Positions 23,846-36,673 of a stretch of DNA of 64,000 nt are shown in pieces (within the stretch, counting starts at the first letter, position 1; each line of letters starts with the position of its first letter). Source of the stretch: Octopus vulgaris (taxonomy: Eukaryota); contig OX597836.1 of assembly GCA_951406725.2 (NCBI GenBank), forward strand, positions 45,136,001-45,200,000, given 5' to 3'. The position numbers were made by a program, and so were the translations under genes. The notes below the pieces were generated by a model, which worked only from the letters and a program-made list of their open reading frames with translations, did no database searches and was not told the DNA's origin.

Positions 23846-24878
23846 GTTGTATTGGACAAACAGATAAGGGAGCAGTTGAGCCTGTCAAAGGATTTCTCCA
23901 TGTCAACAAAAGCCAAGCACAGGGGTTCATTTTTGGCGAAATGCTTCTCCTGCAGTTGCCTCATCAGAAAAATACCACTGATAGTGCTTCACCCAAGCGC
24001 AAAACCAAACTGCATCTCATCTAGTCTAACTTCGTAGTAGAATACAGTCTGAAAATCCAATGACTCTCTTAGCACACAGATCCTCCAGTCCTCTCACAAC
24101 AAATGGCAAATAGCCATCTCCAGACATCCCCATTGCTTGATTTCCACCTGGCTCCAATGAAATGCAGTTTGGTTTTGTGTTAAAACCAATCAGTTGTTTA
24201 GATCCAGGTGAGCTGTGAAAGAGTAAAATTATGATCAAAGACACTCCAGCCATTGAAGACATCTTATACACATTCATCACACACAAACAGACAAATATGA
24301 GTATACTCTTTACTCTTTTACTGGTTTCAGTCATTTGACTGCGGCCATGCTGGAGCACCGCCTTTTTAATCGAGCAACTCGACCCCGGGACTTATTCTTT
24401 TGTAAGCCCAGTACTTATTCTATCGGTCTCTTTTGTCGAACCACTAAGTAACGGAGACATAAACACACCAGCATCGGTTGTCAAGCAATGCTAGGGGGAC
24501 AAACACACACACATATATACGATGGGCTTCTTTCAGTTTCCGTCTACCAAATCCACTCACAAGGCTTTGGTCAGCCCGAGGCTATAGTAGAAGACACTTG
24601 CCCAAGGTGCCACGCAGTGGTACTGAACCTGGAACCATGTGGTTGGTAAGCAAGCTACTTACCACACAGCCACTCCTGCGCCTATGTGTGTGGTTTGCCT
24701 ACATGATGTGGTTTGGGGTTCAGTCCCACTGCATGGTACCTTCAACAAGTCTTTTCTTCCACAGACTTAGGTCAACCAAATCTTGCAAGTGGATTTGGTA
24801 GTGAGAAGCTGAAAAAAGACTGCCCCTGTGTGTGTATGTGTATGGGCACGTCCCTGTGTACTTGTTTACATCTATTTT

Positions 24879-25330
24879 CATCATCATCATCATCATTTAG
24901 CGTCCGCTTTCCATGCTAGCATGGGTTGGACGGTTCAACTGGGGTCTGGGAAGCCAGGAGGCTGCACCAGGCCCAGTCTGATCTGGCAATGTTTCTACGG
25001 CTGGATGCCCTTCCTAACGCCAACCACTCCATGAGTGTAGTGGGTGCTTTTTACGTGCCGCCGGCACAGGTGCCAGACGGGGCTGGCAAACAGCGACGGT
25101 CGGATGGTGCTTTTTACGTGCCACCGGCACAGGGGCCAGGCGAGGCTGGCAAAGGCCACGACCGGATAGTGCTTTTTATGTGCCACCAGCATGGAGGCCA
25201 GGCGAGGCTGGCAAAGGCCACGACCGGATAGTGCTTTTTATGTGCCACCAGCATGGGGGCCAGGCGAGGCTGGCAACGGCCACGACCGGATAGTGCTTTT
25301 TATGTGCCACCGGCATGGAGGCCCGTCGGG
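24879..25330 (-). mobile_element. SINE-like family A with (GAT)n tail and internal ~55-65-bp tandem units (others about 80-432, 6378-6685, 11615-11933, 22660-22897, 30196-30770, 31018-31415, 35851-36198, 40835-41013, 47295-47660, 55938-56350)
   Basis: Shared GGCGTTAGGAAGGGCATCCAGC core and GGTGGCACGTAAAAAGCAC repeats. Confidence 0.85.
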
Positions 25331-25530
25331 GCAGCGCTATGAATGGTTATGCAGAAGTCCAGCAGGTGGTGTTGTTGTCAGTTTCTCCCAGTAAGTGACC
25401 CCTTGCTTGAAAAACAGATGTAGTTTAATATTAGAAAGGGCATCCATGCCACAATAGCATATTCATCTAATCTACGAGGCATTGGGAAATGGGACATAAA
25501 ATGGAAAAAAAACAAAAAAAAACATATTAC

Positions 25531-25667
25531 CGTAGAATCTTCTTAGTTTTGGCTTTTTCCTTCTTTTCATCATTAAATATGTCTTTCATATTCTGCTTTG
25601 TTACTTCAGAATCTGTCTTCAGAAGTTGGAAGAATACACCACCAGGAGTCCGTCGGCGCCCTCCATC
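25531..25667 (-). CDS. PHAX: PHAX coding exon 4 (RNA-binding domain core)
   Basis: Acceptor ctcttttcag. Encodes DGGRRRTPGGVFFQLLK..., the signature RRTPGGVF motif of the PHAX RNA-binding domain; donor CG|gtaatg. Confidence 0.96.
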
Positions 25668-26016
25668 CTGAAAAGAGACCACATTGATAAGTTCTGAAAA
25701 CTTATTACACCTTCAACCCTTTCGCATTTAAACTGGCCACATCCAACCAAAATATTCCGCCTGGTTTATGTTCAAAGTGACCAGATCTAGCCTTTCACAC
25801 CTGTTCAACAATGTCATTAAAAAAAATAAATGATCACAACATCAAAATCACCAAACTATGTGCTAATGCATGAGTAATTCAAAACAATGTGAAAGAACAA
25901 GCATTACAATTGATAAAGGAATTCGAATGCTAAAGGGTTAAAAAAACCATTTTAAAAAATTTGTTTTGAAATCTTAATGCTGATGCCACAGGCCTATGTC
26001 TTTTGAAACGGTACAC

Positions 26017-26885
26017 CTATTTCTTTACTCTCACAAGGGGTTAAACACAGAGGAGACAAACAAGGACAGACAGACGGATTAAGACAATTATATCGACCCC
26101 AGTGCATAACTGGTACTTAATTTATCGACCCCCGAAAGGATGAAAGGCAAAGTTGACCTCGACGGAATTTGAACTCAGAACGTAGCAGCAAAGAAATACC
26201 TATTTCTTTACTACCCACAAGGGGCTAAACACAGAGGAGACAAACAAGGACAGACAGACGGATTAAGTCGATTATATCAACCCCAGTGCGTAACTGGTAC
26301 TTAATTTATCGACCCCAAAAGGATGAAAGGCCAAGTCGACCTCGACGGAATTTGAACTCAGAACGTAGCAGCAAAGAAATACCTATTTCTTTACTACCCA
26401 CAAGGGGCTAAACACAGAGGAGACAAACAAGGACAGACAGACGGATTAAGTCGATTATATCGACCCCAGTGCGTAACTGGTACTTAATTTATCGACCCCC
26501 GAAAGGATGAAAGGCAAAGTTGACCTCGACGGAATTTGAACTCGGAACGTAGCGGCAGAGGAAACACCTATTTCTTTACTACCCACAAGGGGCTAAACAC
26601 AGAGGAGACAAACAAGGACAGACAGACAGATTAAGACGATTATATCGACCCCAGTGTGTAACTGGTACTTAATTTATCGATCCCCAAAAGGATGAAAGGC
26701 AAAGTCGACCTCGACGGAATTTGAACTCAGAACGTAGTTCAAATTCCGCTGAGGTCAACTCTGCCTTTCATCCTTTCGGAGTCGATAAATTAAGTACCAG
26801 TTACGCACTGGGGTCAATATAATTGACTTAATCCGTTTGTCTGTCCTCTCTGTATTTAGCCCTTTGTGGGTAGTAAAGAAATAGG
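26017..26885. repeat. SINE family C tetramer (minus) fused to an inverted unit
   Basis: Four tandem units then GAATTTGAACT-cagaacgt-AGTTCAAATTC fold-back junction at 26717-26746. Confidence 0.88.
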
Positions 26886-28251
26886 CTTGACAGGAATTGG
26901 CGAGGGCAAGAACCTGCACCAGACTTCTGTGTCTGTTTTGGCACGGTTTTTACAGCTGGATGCCCTTCCTAACACCAACCACCCAGTCCTAGTTATCTTG
27001 GAGGAGAATGGGGTGGTCATGGCTGGAACACCTTTGAACCATTTAACATGTACACTATACTAGAAAGTGGAAAAAACTCAACAAATGGTTGTCGCAGGAG
27101 GTGAATGAAAAACAAATAAAAAAGCCATTGTAAAATCTGTTCAGCCTTTCTTTTGTGCAACAAAAATATCAACCGGTTTTTTTTTTATTGTATTGTGATG
27201 TGTAGCCAAAAACATGCCATTTCATGCAGTGGCTGCACTGAGGCAAAGCCCCCAAAACACCTTCCACAAACCAAAGCTGCATTAAAAGTTTACGGTCACT
27301 ATAAAATCCTCCATCAGAATTTCTCAAACGCAGGTAAAACGACCACAGTACAGAATTATTGTTTGCAAGAATCTTGTGCTGGAGCCACATAAATGGCACC
27401 CATGCTGGCTCCACATGAAAAGCACATGGCACACTCTGTAAAGTGGTTGGCATTAGGAAGGGCATCCACTGTAGAAACCAAGATTGGAACCTGATGCATC
27501 TCTCCTGATTGCCAGCTCTGGTCAAACTGTCCAACCCATGCCAGCATGACAAACAGACATTAAATTATGAAGATGCAACATTTACGTCTAGCATTGTTTA
27601 TGACAACATCTGTCCATATTATGTCCAACATCTGCAAATGATTCTGCGAAAACTAAAGGAACTGCATTAAAAAAGTTGTCACCCGAAAAACAAGTTTTTC
27701 TTCATCAAGACTCTACAAGTTTTAACTCAAGGTTGTACACTGAACTCACCCTAGTCTATCCCTAATAAAACCCAACACATATCAAGGAAACATTCAACTA
27801 TAGCTTGAACAGTACAACAAAGCTAAAAGTCTCAAAGTCACTACAAATATTAACCCTTTCGTTATTGTATTTCTTTTGAGATGTTCTGCGTTTCTTTCAA
27901 TTACTATAAATATAACAAAGAATTTAGAAAAAATAACTCAGTCATCACTAAGCTAGTGTCAGGAACATAAATTGTGGATAAGGTTTGGTGGAAGATTTTA
28001 ATTCAAAATTTATGAAAACAAGACATTTGTACTCAGAGCCAGGGGTGGTTTCAGCTGGGCTTCTACTTTTGTCAAATGGCACCCCTCATTACACAATCAG
28101 TGAACAGAGCATCAGAGAGGGTAACATGAGATGATAATGAACAGGGTAATTGGTAGAGATGAATGGGGGGACATAACAAAAGTATAGAGCAAGGCATGGA
28201 CACCACAACTTCCTATGGCCATGTAAAAACCTGTTAATATTTGTTACTCAC

Positions 28252-28343
28252 ATTGGTCATCATTCCACCATGGTCTTCAATATCTCTGGTAAGACGGGTC
28301 ACATCTAGAGCTTTCTTCTTGCCCAAAACTTGGACAACTTTCT
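28252..28343 (-). CDS. PHAX: PHAX coding exon 3
   Basis: poly-T + tag acceptor; phase 1 matches exon 2. Encodes (E)KVVQVLGKKKALDVTRLTRDIEDHGGMMTN; donor gtgagt. Confidence 0.93.
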
Positions 28344-28786
28344 CTATAAAAAAAAAAAAAAAAAAAAGATCACATTGAGAAATATTCAGATATTTCCAAC
28401 ATTGACAACGTATCTTGAAAACCTCAAATGGTTAAGGGGATTTAGTTCTTAGCTCTGCTTTAAGATATCAAATGGATAATCCTCTTCTTTGGAAACATTG
28501 CTTATCTAGTAACATTCTCTAATCTTGTCCTTGACAATTAAGTGAATATAGAATAATGCTGTGTTTCTGAGGTACCATTGGTTTTTTTTTTACTTTGTTT
28601 AGTCATTAGACTGTGGCTATGCTGGAGCACTGCCGTGAAGACGTTTTCAGCTGAATGAACTGACCTTAGTACTTATTTATTTTGCTAAGCCTGGTGCTTA
28701 TTCTATTGGTCTCTTTTTGCCAAAATGCTAAGTTATGGGAACATAAATAAACCAACACAGTTGGTAAGTGGCAGTGGGTGACAAAG

Positions 28787-28817
<31 letters not shown>

Positions 28818-29052
28818 CACACATTCACATACATACCTATACACATCTTCAAGTATTTAGTTTTGTCCTTCGTATGTTCTGAGTTCAAATCCTCCCAGAA
28901 TTGATATCAATCATTAAATTAGATGATCTAATTAACATGACCCCACCACAACCTGTACCACCCCCTCTTCACTAGAAATTTGTGTAACATTATGTTGATT
29001 ATTAGATATAATATTTCAATCCATGATAGAATACAAAGCCACAAATTTTTAA

Positions 29053-29458
29053 GGATCTTTTCCGTTTGAACGGCAGTTTTTAACATAATTTCCACGTAAC
29101 TAAACACTTTTAAACTTCGTATACTGGTAGAATGTGTTTATAAAACATCTTTTCCTCTTGGCTTTATTGAGAAAATTCTATGGTTTGTAAGATATTTGTT
29201 GTTTTTTTCTTCAATTTCTGCAATTTCAACCAATCAATGACGTCTATTGAGGTAAAGAACATTCTGTCCCTCGTTTAAGAAACAGATTGGGTTTATTTAC
29301 ATTTGTGAAGAGAAAAAAAGATATCCTTCCCCCCCCCTAACCATAACCATAACCTAAAACAGATTGAAATGCAATAGATCGATACTAGGGTCATAATTAT
29401 GGGTGACAATCTCATATGACACCGCTAGAAAAAACTGCCGTTTGAACCGAAAAGATCC
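29053..29458. mobile_element. Same MITE family
   Basis: TSD ATTTTTAA. Confidence 0.92.
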
Positions 29459-29807
29459 ATTTTTAAATACCAAATACACCATCAAGGTATAAGTGTGTAT
29501 GTGGATAAGATGTTCATTTTGTAACCATGCTGTTCTGGGTTTGATTCTACTGCATAGCACTCTGGTTAAGGGTTTTCTATCAGAGCCTAGCCACAGGTTA
29601 ACCACTGTGAGTTGGAACTGGTAAGTAAAAACTAGACAAGTCACAGGGTGAGCGTGTATAGATGAATGCTGTGTCCCAGCATTCATAAAAAGTGCACATT
29701 TTTTATTTGTAGTTGCATACCAATGGGGAAAAGCCAAAATATGATGCTTCTGAAATAAGTTTCCTTTGATATTCGTTCTGTGTTGAGTAACAGAGACACT
29801 CCTTTGT

Positions 29808-30102
29808 GGAGGCACATGGCCTAGTGGTTAGAGCAGCGGACTCGCGGTCGAGGGATCGCGGGTTTGAATCTCAGACCGGGCGATGTGGGCGTTTATGATC
29901 GAAGCACCTATGCTCCAGGCAGTTCCGGCAGAAGGTAATGGCGAAACTTCTGCTGACTCATTCATCACAACTTTCTCTCACTCTTTCCTCCTGCATCTAG
30001 CAGCTCACATGCGACGGACCGGCGTCCTGTCCAGGTGGGGAACCTCTATGCCAAGAAACCAGCCCTTATAAGCCAGGCATGGCTCGTGAAGGAACAAACA
30101 AC
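29808..30102 (+). mobile_element. tRNA-derived SINE (family D-related head, distinct body, AAC-type tail)
   Basis: TGGCCTAGTGG A box, GGTTTGAATCT B box; 14-bp TSD AGACACTCCTTTGT. Confidence 0.8.
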
Positions 30103-31483
30103 AGACACTCCTTTGTCATTCCCATTGTCAGACAAGCATGTACCAGTCAGTCATTTGGTTCACTGAAAACTTGTCATCAATGACATTATTGTTTACATCA
30201 TCATAGTTTAACGTCCGTTCTCCATGCTAGCATGGGTTGGACGGTTCGACCGGGGATCTGGGAAGCCAGATCTGGCAGTGTTTCTACAGCTTGATGCCCT
30301 TCCTAACGCCAACCACTCCGTGAGTGTAGTGGGTGCTTTTTACGTGCCACCTGCACAGGTGCCAGGCGAGGCAGGGAATGGCCACAATGGATTGGTGCAT
30401 TTTACGTGCCACCGGTACGGAAGCCAGTCAAGGCGACGCTGGCATCGGCCACGATTCGGATAGCGCTTTTTACGTACCACCGGCACGGAAGCCAGTCTAG
30501 GCAGCGCTGGCATCGGCCACCTTCAGATGGTGCTGTTTACGTGCCACCTGCTCAGGGATCACAACTGCAGTTTCCATTGATTTTGATGTCAGTGTACTTG
30601 ACTCAATGGATCTCCTCAAGCACAGGGTCGAAATGGTGTTTCTTCACTTGCCACCTGCACAGGAGTCAGTCCAGCGGTCCTGGCAACTGCCGGGTGCCAG
30701 TCAGAGAATTGGTTCAATTTCGATTCAATGGAAACTGCAGTTGTGATCCCTGAGCCGGTGGCACATAAACACCAACAGGGAAATAATTAAATAACTATAA
30801 AACACAATATAAAATATAATAAATGATATTTATGTGAAGTCTAACCGATGCAGCCTTTAACACTTTAGCATTCAGATTATGTGATGTTTATTTATGCACG
30901 TTATTTTCAATTACTCAGGCATTATCTTTTTGTGCTGACATTTTGATGATGTGCTTGTGTATTTTTAGTGTGGCAATGTAGGATAGGTGTGAGAGGCTGA
31001 ATATGGCCAGTTGGTACATCATCATCATTTAACGTCCGCTTTCCATGCTAGCATGGGTTGGACGGTTCGACCGGGGTCTGGTAAGCCATGGAGGCCGCAC
31101 CAGGTTCCAGTCTGATCTGGCAATGTTTCTACAGCTGGATGCCCTTCGTAACGCCAACCACTCCGTGAGTGTAGTGGGTGGTTTTTTATGTGCCACTGGC
31201 ACAAGGGCCAGAACAGGCTGGCAAATGGCCATGAATGGTTGGTGCTTTTACGTGTCACCAACATGGACGCCAGTCAGGTGGCGCTGGCATCTGCCACATT
31301 CGGACGGTGCTTTCTACGTGTCACCGGCATGGGTGTCTTAACTACAATTTCCATTTGAATTTTTATTTTGATGTACTTGACTCAATAGGTCTCCTCAAGA
31401 ACAGCGGGTCACTCAACAAATATAATATTTGGGCCAGACATGGCTGATTTAAATGCTAAAGGGTTAACAAATCAATATCTTAC

Positions 31484-32189
31484 CTATGAGGTACACTTTT
31501 GACTCTTCAAGAAAATCAGCAATGGCTTCTGTAACTTTTTCCTCATCATCATCAACTGTGACATCAAAAGCCTTCCTCTGTGGCGCTCTGTCAGTTGGTT
31601 TTGGACCGAGACGTTTTTTGGCACTGCGCCTCCTTTTCTCAGCTTTTTTATACACTCCATTGAAGTTCTCTTCAAGTTTTTCTAAATCAGGGACACTATC
31701 AAACAGGTCATCATTTTTCTTGCTGGGCATCACAGAATCAACGCCCGCTTCTGCCGGCCAAGGCCGGGTGTCCTTCAGTGCCTTTTTGTAGCTGTAAGAT
31801 TCTACCTGCCGATCACTGTAACCCTCTTCTTTGTGCTCCATGTCAAATCCGTGGAAACCTTGAGACAACATCTGTGATTGTAATACAGAACCCCAAATAT
31901 TCTTTTTCTTTGGTTTGCTAGCAGTGTTAGAATCTGTGACACCCTGGCCAAAGGAAAACTGTGCATTGGGTACTTGGAAAGTGGAGTTCGGGTTAATAGA
32001 ATTGCTGAAACTAAACTCCATAGAACTCTGCTGATCTTTCGAAGCAATACCATACCGTTTCTTTTTCCAGGTAAACTTTTCATCATCGCTGTCATCTGAA
32101 CTTGATGATGCAATCTTTGCATCTGATTTGCTGCGATAGGATGTGGGGTTCACTGGCTTTCTGTAATTCTGGGAAATGGTCGATGATGT
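31484..32189 (-). CDS. PHAX: PHAX coding exon 2
   Basis: Acceptor ttctgttccag, donor G|gtaaga, 706 nt, in frame with ORF 31464..32153. Contains the acidic Ser cluster SSSSDDSDDE, WKKKR, NIWGSVLQ, RQVESYSY and AKKRLG, all PHAX-like. Confidence 0.93.
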
Positions 32190-32933
32190 CTGGAACAGAA
32201 AATGAGCAAATCATTTTTAATAAATAACATTGTGCAACAAGATTTTTGTCTTTGGGTAGCAACCGTTATTTCCTATTTGCTTTTGCTCCTAGAAAGTATG
32301 AAAAATGGTTAATATTTCTTTCAAAATTTACTTTTGTTACATTTATTCAAGCTCCAAAGAATCCCTCCCAACACATGGCTATGATGCTCCTCCACTTACT
32401 CCTGCTCATGATCAGAAATGCACATATTATCAGGCACCAAAGGAAATGCTTAACTTGTTAAGACCAAGCAACTGACAAGCAAATCTCTGGTATTCAACAG
32501 AATATTTCCTATAATATTTTCACTTCAGCAATTACACACTGAATCAGTCTGAAATGTAATGGAAAAGGTCAGTTTTGAAACATTGATGTCCAGGTCACAA
32601 AAGCAAAGTTTGAAAGAAATAGTAGTAATTTCTTTCGATTTTTAGATAGAAGCAAGTAGAAAATAACACTGAACAAAGACGAAAAAATAAATAAATAAAC
32701 TGGGTATACACCCAGTTTGTCAGTCTACCCTATACAATTATCAACAGTAGGTTGGAATATGTATTATACTTCTAACCTACGTACAGGCACGTTGGAATAA
32801 TAATAGATCCGTGGATCACACCTAGGCATGGGTCCACTTTATCAGCTGATTTGGTGGTGGTTGGATACACAATAGAACACTATAACTCACACTACAGTTT
32901 GAAAATTACATAAAGGAAAATTACCTGCAGGGT

Positions 32934-32973
<40 letters not shown>

Positions 32974-33204
32974 GTGTGTATTACTTGGTATCGTTGATCA
33001 ACTTGTTGAAACCAATAAAAAAATTACTGATGGTAGAACAAAAGGTTATTGATTGAAATTAATTTTATTGGGACTTCCAAGATTCGCCTATAACGGTTTA
33101 TCCAAGTAGTCGTATTTGAATAAGCCGTTAAGGAGGAAACTCGTAGTCCTGGCCAAACCATCGTGTGTGTGTGTGTGTGTGTGTATACATACATATGCAG
33201 CCAC

Positions 33205-33240
<36 letters not shown>

Positions 33241-33248
33241 GCAGCCAC

Positions 33249-33291
<43 letters not shown>

Positions 33292-33417
33292 CGGCATTAG
33301 AATTTTTCTTTTGCCCTTACTTTGTAAATTATTTATGAATTTAACCTTTAAAGGTATTTTTTGATATGCTGGCCATTGATAAAAATTATTTCCCGAAAAA
33401 AATTTTATCCTACATTA

Positions 33418-33455
<38 letters not shown>

Positions 33456-33629
33456 TACTTTATAATTAGGGTTCAGCAAAGATTTGCTTTAGCACATACC
33501 GAAGTTTAGAAATAGCAGTCAAAAAACCTTAGCTATTTCTTCTACTTTAAAAAAGGGACTCCCAGAAAAACCAAAATTTTGAAATATACATATGCATATA
33601 TATATATACAAACACACACAATGTATATT

Positions 33630-33669
<40 letters not shown>

Positions 33670-33676
33670 GAAGTTT

Positions 33677-33732
<56 letters not shown>

Positions 33733-34655
33733 CTTCTGCAAATGTATATTTCAAAATTTATACCTTCATTAGATCGAACCAAGTTTCACAGGAGTGTGAG
33801 ACGTTCATGCCTTTTTTTTTTCTTCTAAATAAATGAAGGATTATACAAACGCAAACACACATGCAAGGTATAACAGTAGTGTAACTGTGGGAATGCAAAA
33901 ATTATGATAGACACGACCAAAAATACCAATTAACAGGAATAAAACCATTTATTACTCAGATGTAATTAAGCCTTATAACTTTTGACCAAAGATTAACAAC
34001 CTGCTAAAAGTTTTTAAAAAATTATTTTTATAATAATAATCATTTTGTTTAAATCAGAAATTGGCAAGACTGGGAAGTTTACAATTGTTTTTTTATTTCT
34101 TAAACGTGTGTCTACCTGACGAATATTGAATAATGAAACTACTTTTGTTTTCGTCTGCAGTGAAGTGTGGACATTAATTGTGCAAGTGTTCGTACATTTT
34201 CAACCTTAATTAACTGAAAGATCATTTTAAAATATTCTGGAAACGAAACAGTTTAATATTAATTATACATCGAAGACTGATGAAAATGGAATTGATATAA
34301 CAAAAAAAATAAAATAATGAAGTTCGAGGTTGTTTGTTAACAATATATGTCGATATAGTTGTAAAATGAAAAGAATTACTGTCTTATATGAATTTTACAG
34401 ACATTAATGAATAATAGGAAGACTGTAAATTGGATAATTTCTCATTTAAAATAATTTTATAGCTTCATAAACATAGTTTTGGTGGGGAATTAATTTCCCC
34501 AGTTAAAGTACCATTATGCCCTAACATAATCACGCACCACTTCAATGGGAGGAATCGTTCGCGTTAAAAATTTATAGAAAATATGCAATAATAATGACAA
34601 CCGTAATAATTTGTAAAGACACTGATATAAGAAGAGTGTTATAAACCCTGATTAC

Positions 34656-34730
34656 CTGGATATTCGAAGAAGCTTCATGATCAGAATCGGAGTCTAACAA
34701 TTCGCCGTCTTCCAGTTCCAATGCCGCCAT
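34656..34730 (-). CDS. PHAX: PHAX (phosphorylated adaptor for RNA export), coding exon 1 of 5
   Basis: ATG at 34730 gives MAALELEDGELLDSDSDHEASSNIQ, resembling the PHAX N-terminus (EDGxLxDSDSD). Ends CAG|gtaatc, phase 0. Confidence 0.9.
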
Positions 34731-34820
34731 CACAAATTCAGTTTCGCGGCAGAAACCACTTCCGCTGCCGAGACCACGATTTGAAACCGTTTCGTCTGAA
34801 TCACTCCACCAATTGGATTC
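34722..34820 (-). promoter_or_regulatory. PHAX proximal promoter/5' UTR motifs
   Basis: ATGGCGGC (YY1-like, overlapping the start codon), GCGGAAGTGG (ETS-like, about 34757-34766) and palindromic CCAATTGG (about 34809-34816). Confidence 0.4.
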
Positions 34821-36275
34821 TCTTCTTAGTTTTATGTCATCCACATTTTTTGTTAACTTAGCCCGCTATGCTAAACCACATTCCTAATTAATTAGGCCTA
34901 CGAATCCCATTAAAACGTTCGCAAGAAGCCAGAAACCACGGGGGAAAAAAGACCTTTGGTGAAATCACCCCCCTCCAAGGCCTTCACTGATTCTTTTATT
35001 TTATCAACGGAAAGTTGAATGAGCAACGTTGACTTCGGTGGGGTTTGAATTCAAAGCCTAAAGCCCACGAGGCATTTCCTTCGACTACCTAACGATTCGG
35101 TTAATTTACCGACTTAGATTTAAACATTAATTAATAACGGAGGTAGGGAGAAGACCACACAATTTGGATGAAGAAGGGTGTTGCTAATTAAATCGCTGCT
35201 TGTACTAATCTTGTGGACCCCGGAAGTATGCAAGGGAGAAAATCGACAGGAATTAAACGGGAATATGGATGGGTCGTAGTTAAATCCTTCAGGTTCCGAC
35301 GATCGAATAATTCTTTGCCAAACCATTGCCCTTCCTCGGTCCTTCTTAATTGTTGATTCTGATTTAGGGAAGTAGGGTTAGTCGATTACATCGGCCCTAA
35401 TACTTGACTGGTACTTTATTTTACGGGACCTGGAGGGATGAAAGGCAAAGTTGATCTCGGAAGAAATACTGTAAAGCATTTCTTCCCAACCTTTCGCCCT
35501 CGTCGGGGCTAAAAATAAGAATTTCTTACATTGGTACCAGGTCACACATTAGCATATCCGTGAGTATACTGGGCTCATAGAATAACTAAATGATGCTTAT
35601 TTTATTGACTTCTAGGTATGATACTGGAAATAAGCGAAGTCTAATTAAACTGTAGAGCGATAGAATGAAAATACTACAAAACATATTTCAGCTTTTGCCC
35701 ATTTTCTGTGAATATTTGTTTTAATCCCTCGCATTAGAGCTAATTATTTGTAACAGAATTTTCCAATAGGTCAATCAGTCTGATTGACTTACGAAAGCGA
35801 ATGGAGAGTTACTCAAATGACACTAAGTATGTTAGGAACATATCTGCAGACATCATCATCATCGTTTAGCGTCCGCTTTCCATGCTAGCATGGGTTGGAC
35901 GGTTCAACTGGGGTCTGGGAAGCCAGAAGGCTGCACCAGGCCCAGTCTGATCTGGCAATGTTTCTACGACTGGATGCCCTTCCTAACGCCAACCACTCCA
36001 TGAGTGTAGTGCGTGCTTTTTACGTGCCACCGACACGGAGGCCAGGCGAGGCTGGCAACGGCCACGATTGGATGGTGCTTTTTACAGGCCGGTCGGGGCG
36101 GTGCTGGCAAAGGCCACGTTCGGATGATTCTCTTATGTACCACCGGCACTGGTATCACTGCTACAATTTCCATTGATGTTGATCGATTTTGATTTTGATA
36201 TATATAAATACATATAAAATCGTTAGCCCAAACCAGTTAGCTGATCCCCTTTTTCATAGCACTTGAGAAAGCTTA

Positions 36276-36673
36276 TCTTTATATATAAAAGAGAAGTTGT
36301 GTGTCTGTCTCCTACGATTTAGATTCCTAACTACTCCCACATTTTGCGATGCAGTTTAACCAAAACCGGGTATCTTATAGTCGTGATTCTTATCGAGCCC
36401 TTCTGGGTATTAGCGCGCGTCTACGATGAGTCTACGATTAAAAAAAAAATTACCATAATTTTTTTTCCATTTTAATGCATTTTTTCGCTATTGTATAAGG
36501 GAAGTAACTCTCTAAAAATGTCTACGATGAGTCAACGATTTAAAAAAAAATTTACTATTATTTTTTTCCCATTTTTAGTGCATTATTTTGCTAGTTTTTG
36601 GCTATAACTCTCTAAAAATGCTTATATAGTTATTTCCCTTACAAACCCGAGCAACGCCGGGCGATACTGCTAG
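36276..36673 (+). mobile_element. Non-autonomous Helitron
   Basis: A|TC start, subterminal hairpin CCCGAGCAACGCCGGG, CTAG|T end, no TSD. Confidence 0.85.

Noticed and set aside
24879-25394. Recurrent ORFs such as MDGSTGVWEARRLHQAQ and GAFYVPPA, looking like a gene family
   Set aside because: Chance open frames in SINE family A copies, with inconsistent frames and ends.
29808-29885. tRNA-like sequence with A and B boxes (also 37793, 58846 and others)
   Set aside because: Runs into SINE bodies with tails and TSDs; no proper acceptor stem or Pol III terminator.
34110-34160. CTGACGA...GAAAC in PHAX intron 1
   Set aside because: No convincing stem I or III; consistent with chance in AT-rich DNA.
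34572-34844. 90-aa ORF as the PHAX N-terminus
   Set aside because: Starts at GTG and reads through the donor; homology starts at ATG 34730 and stops at 34656.
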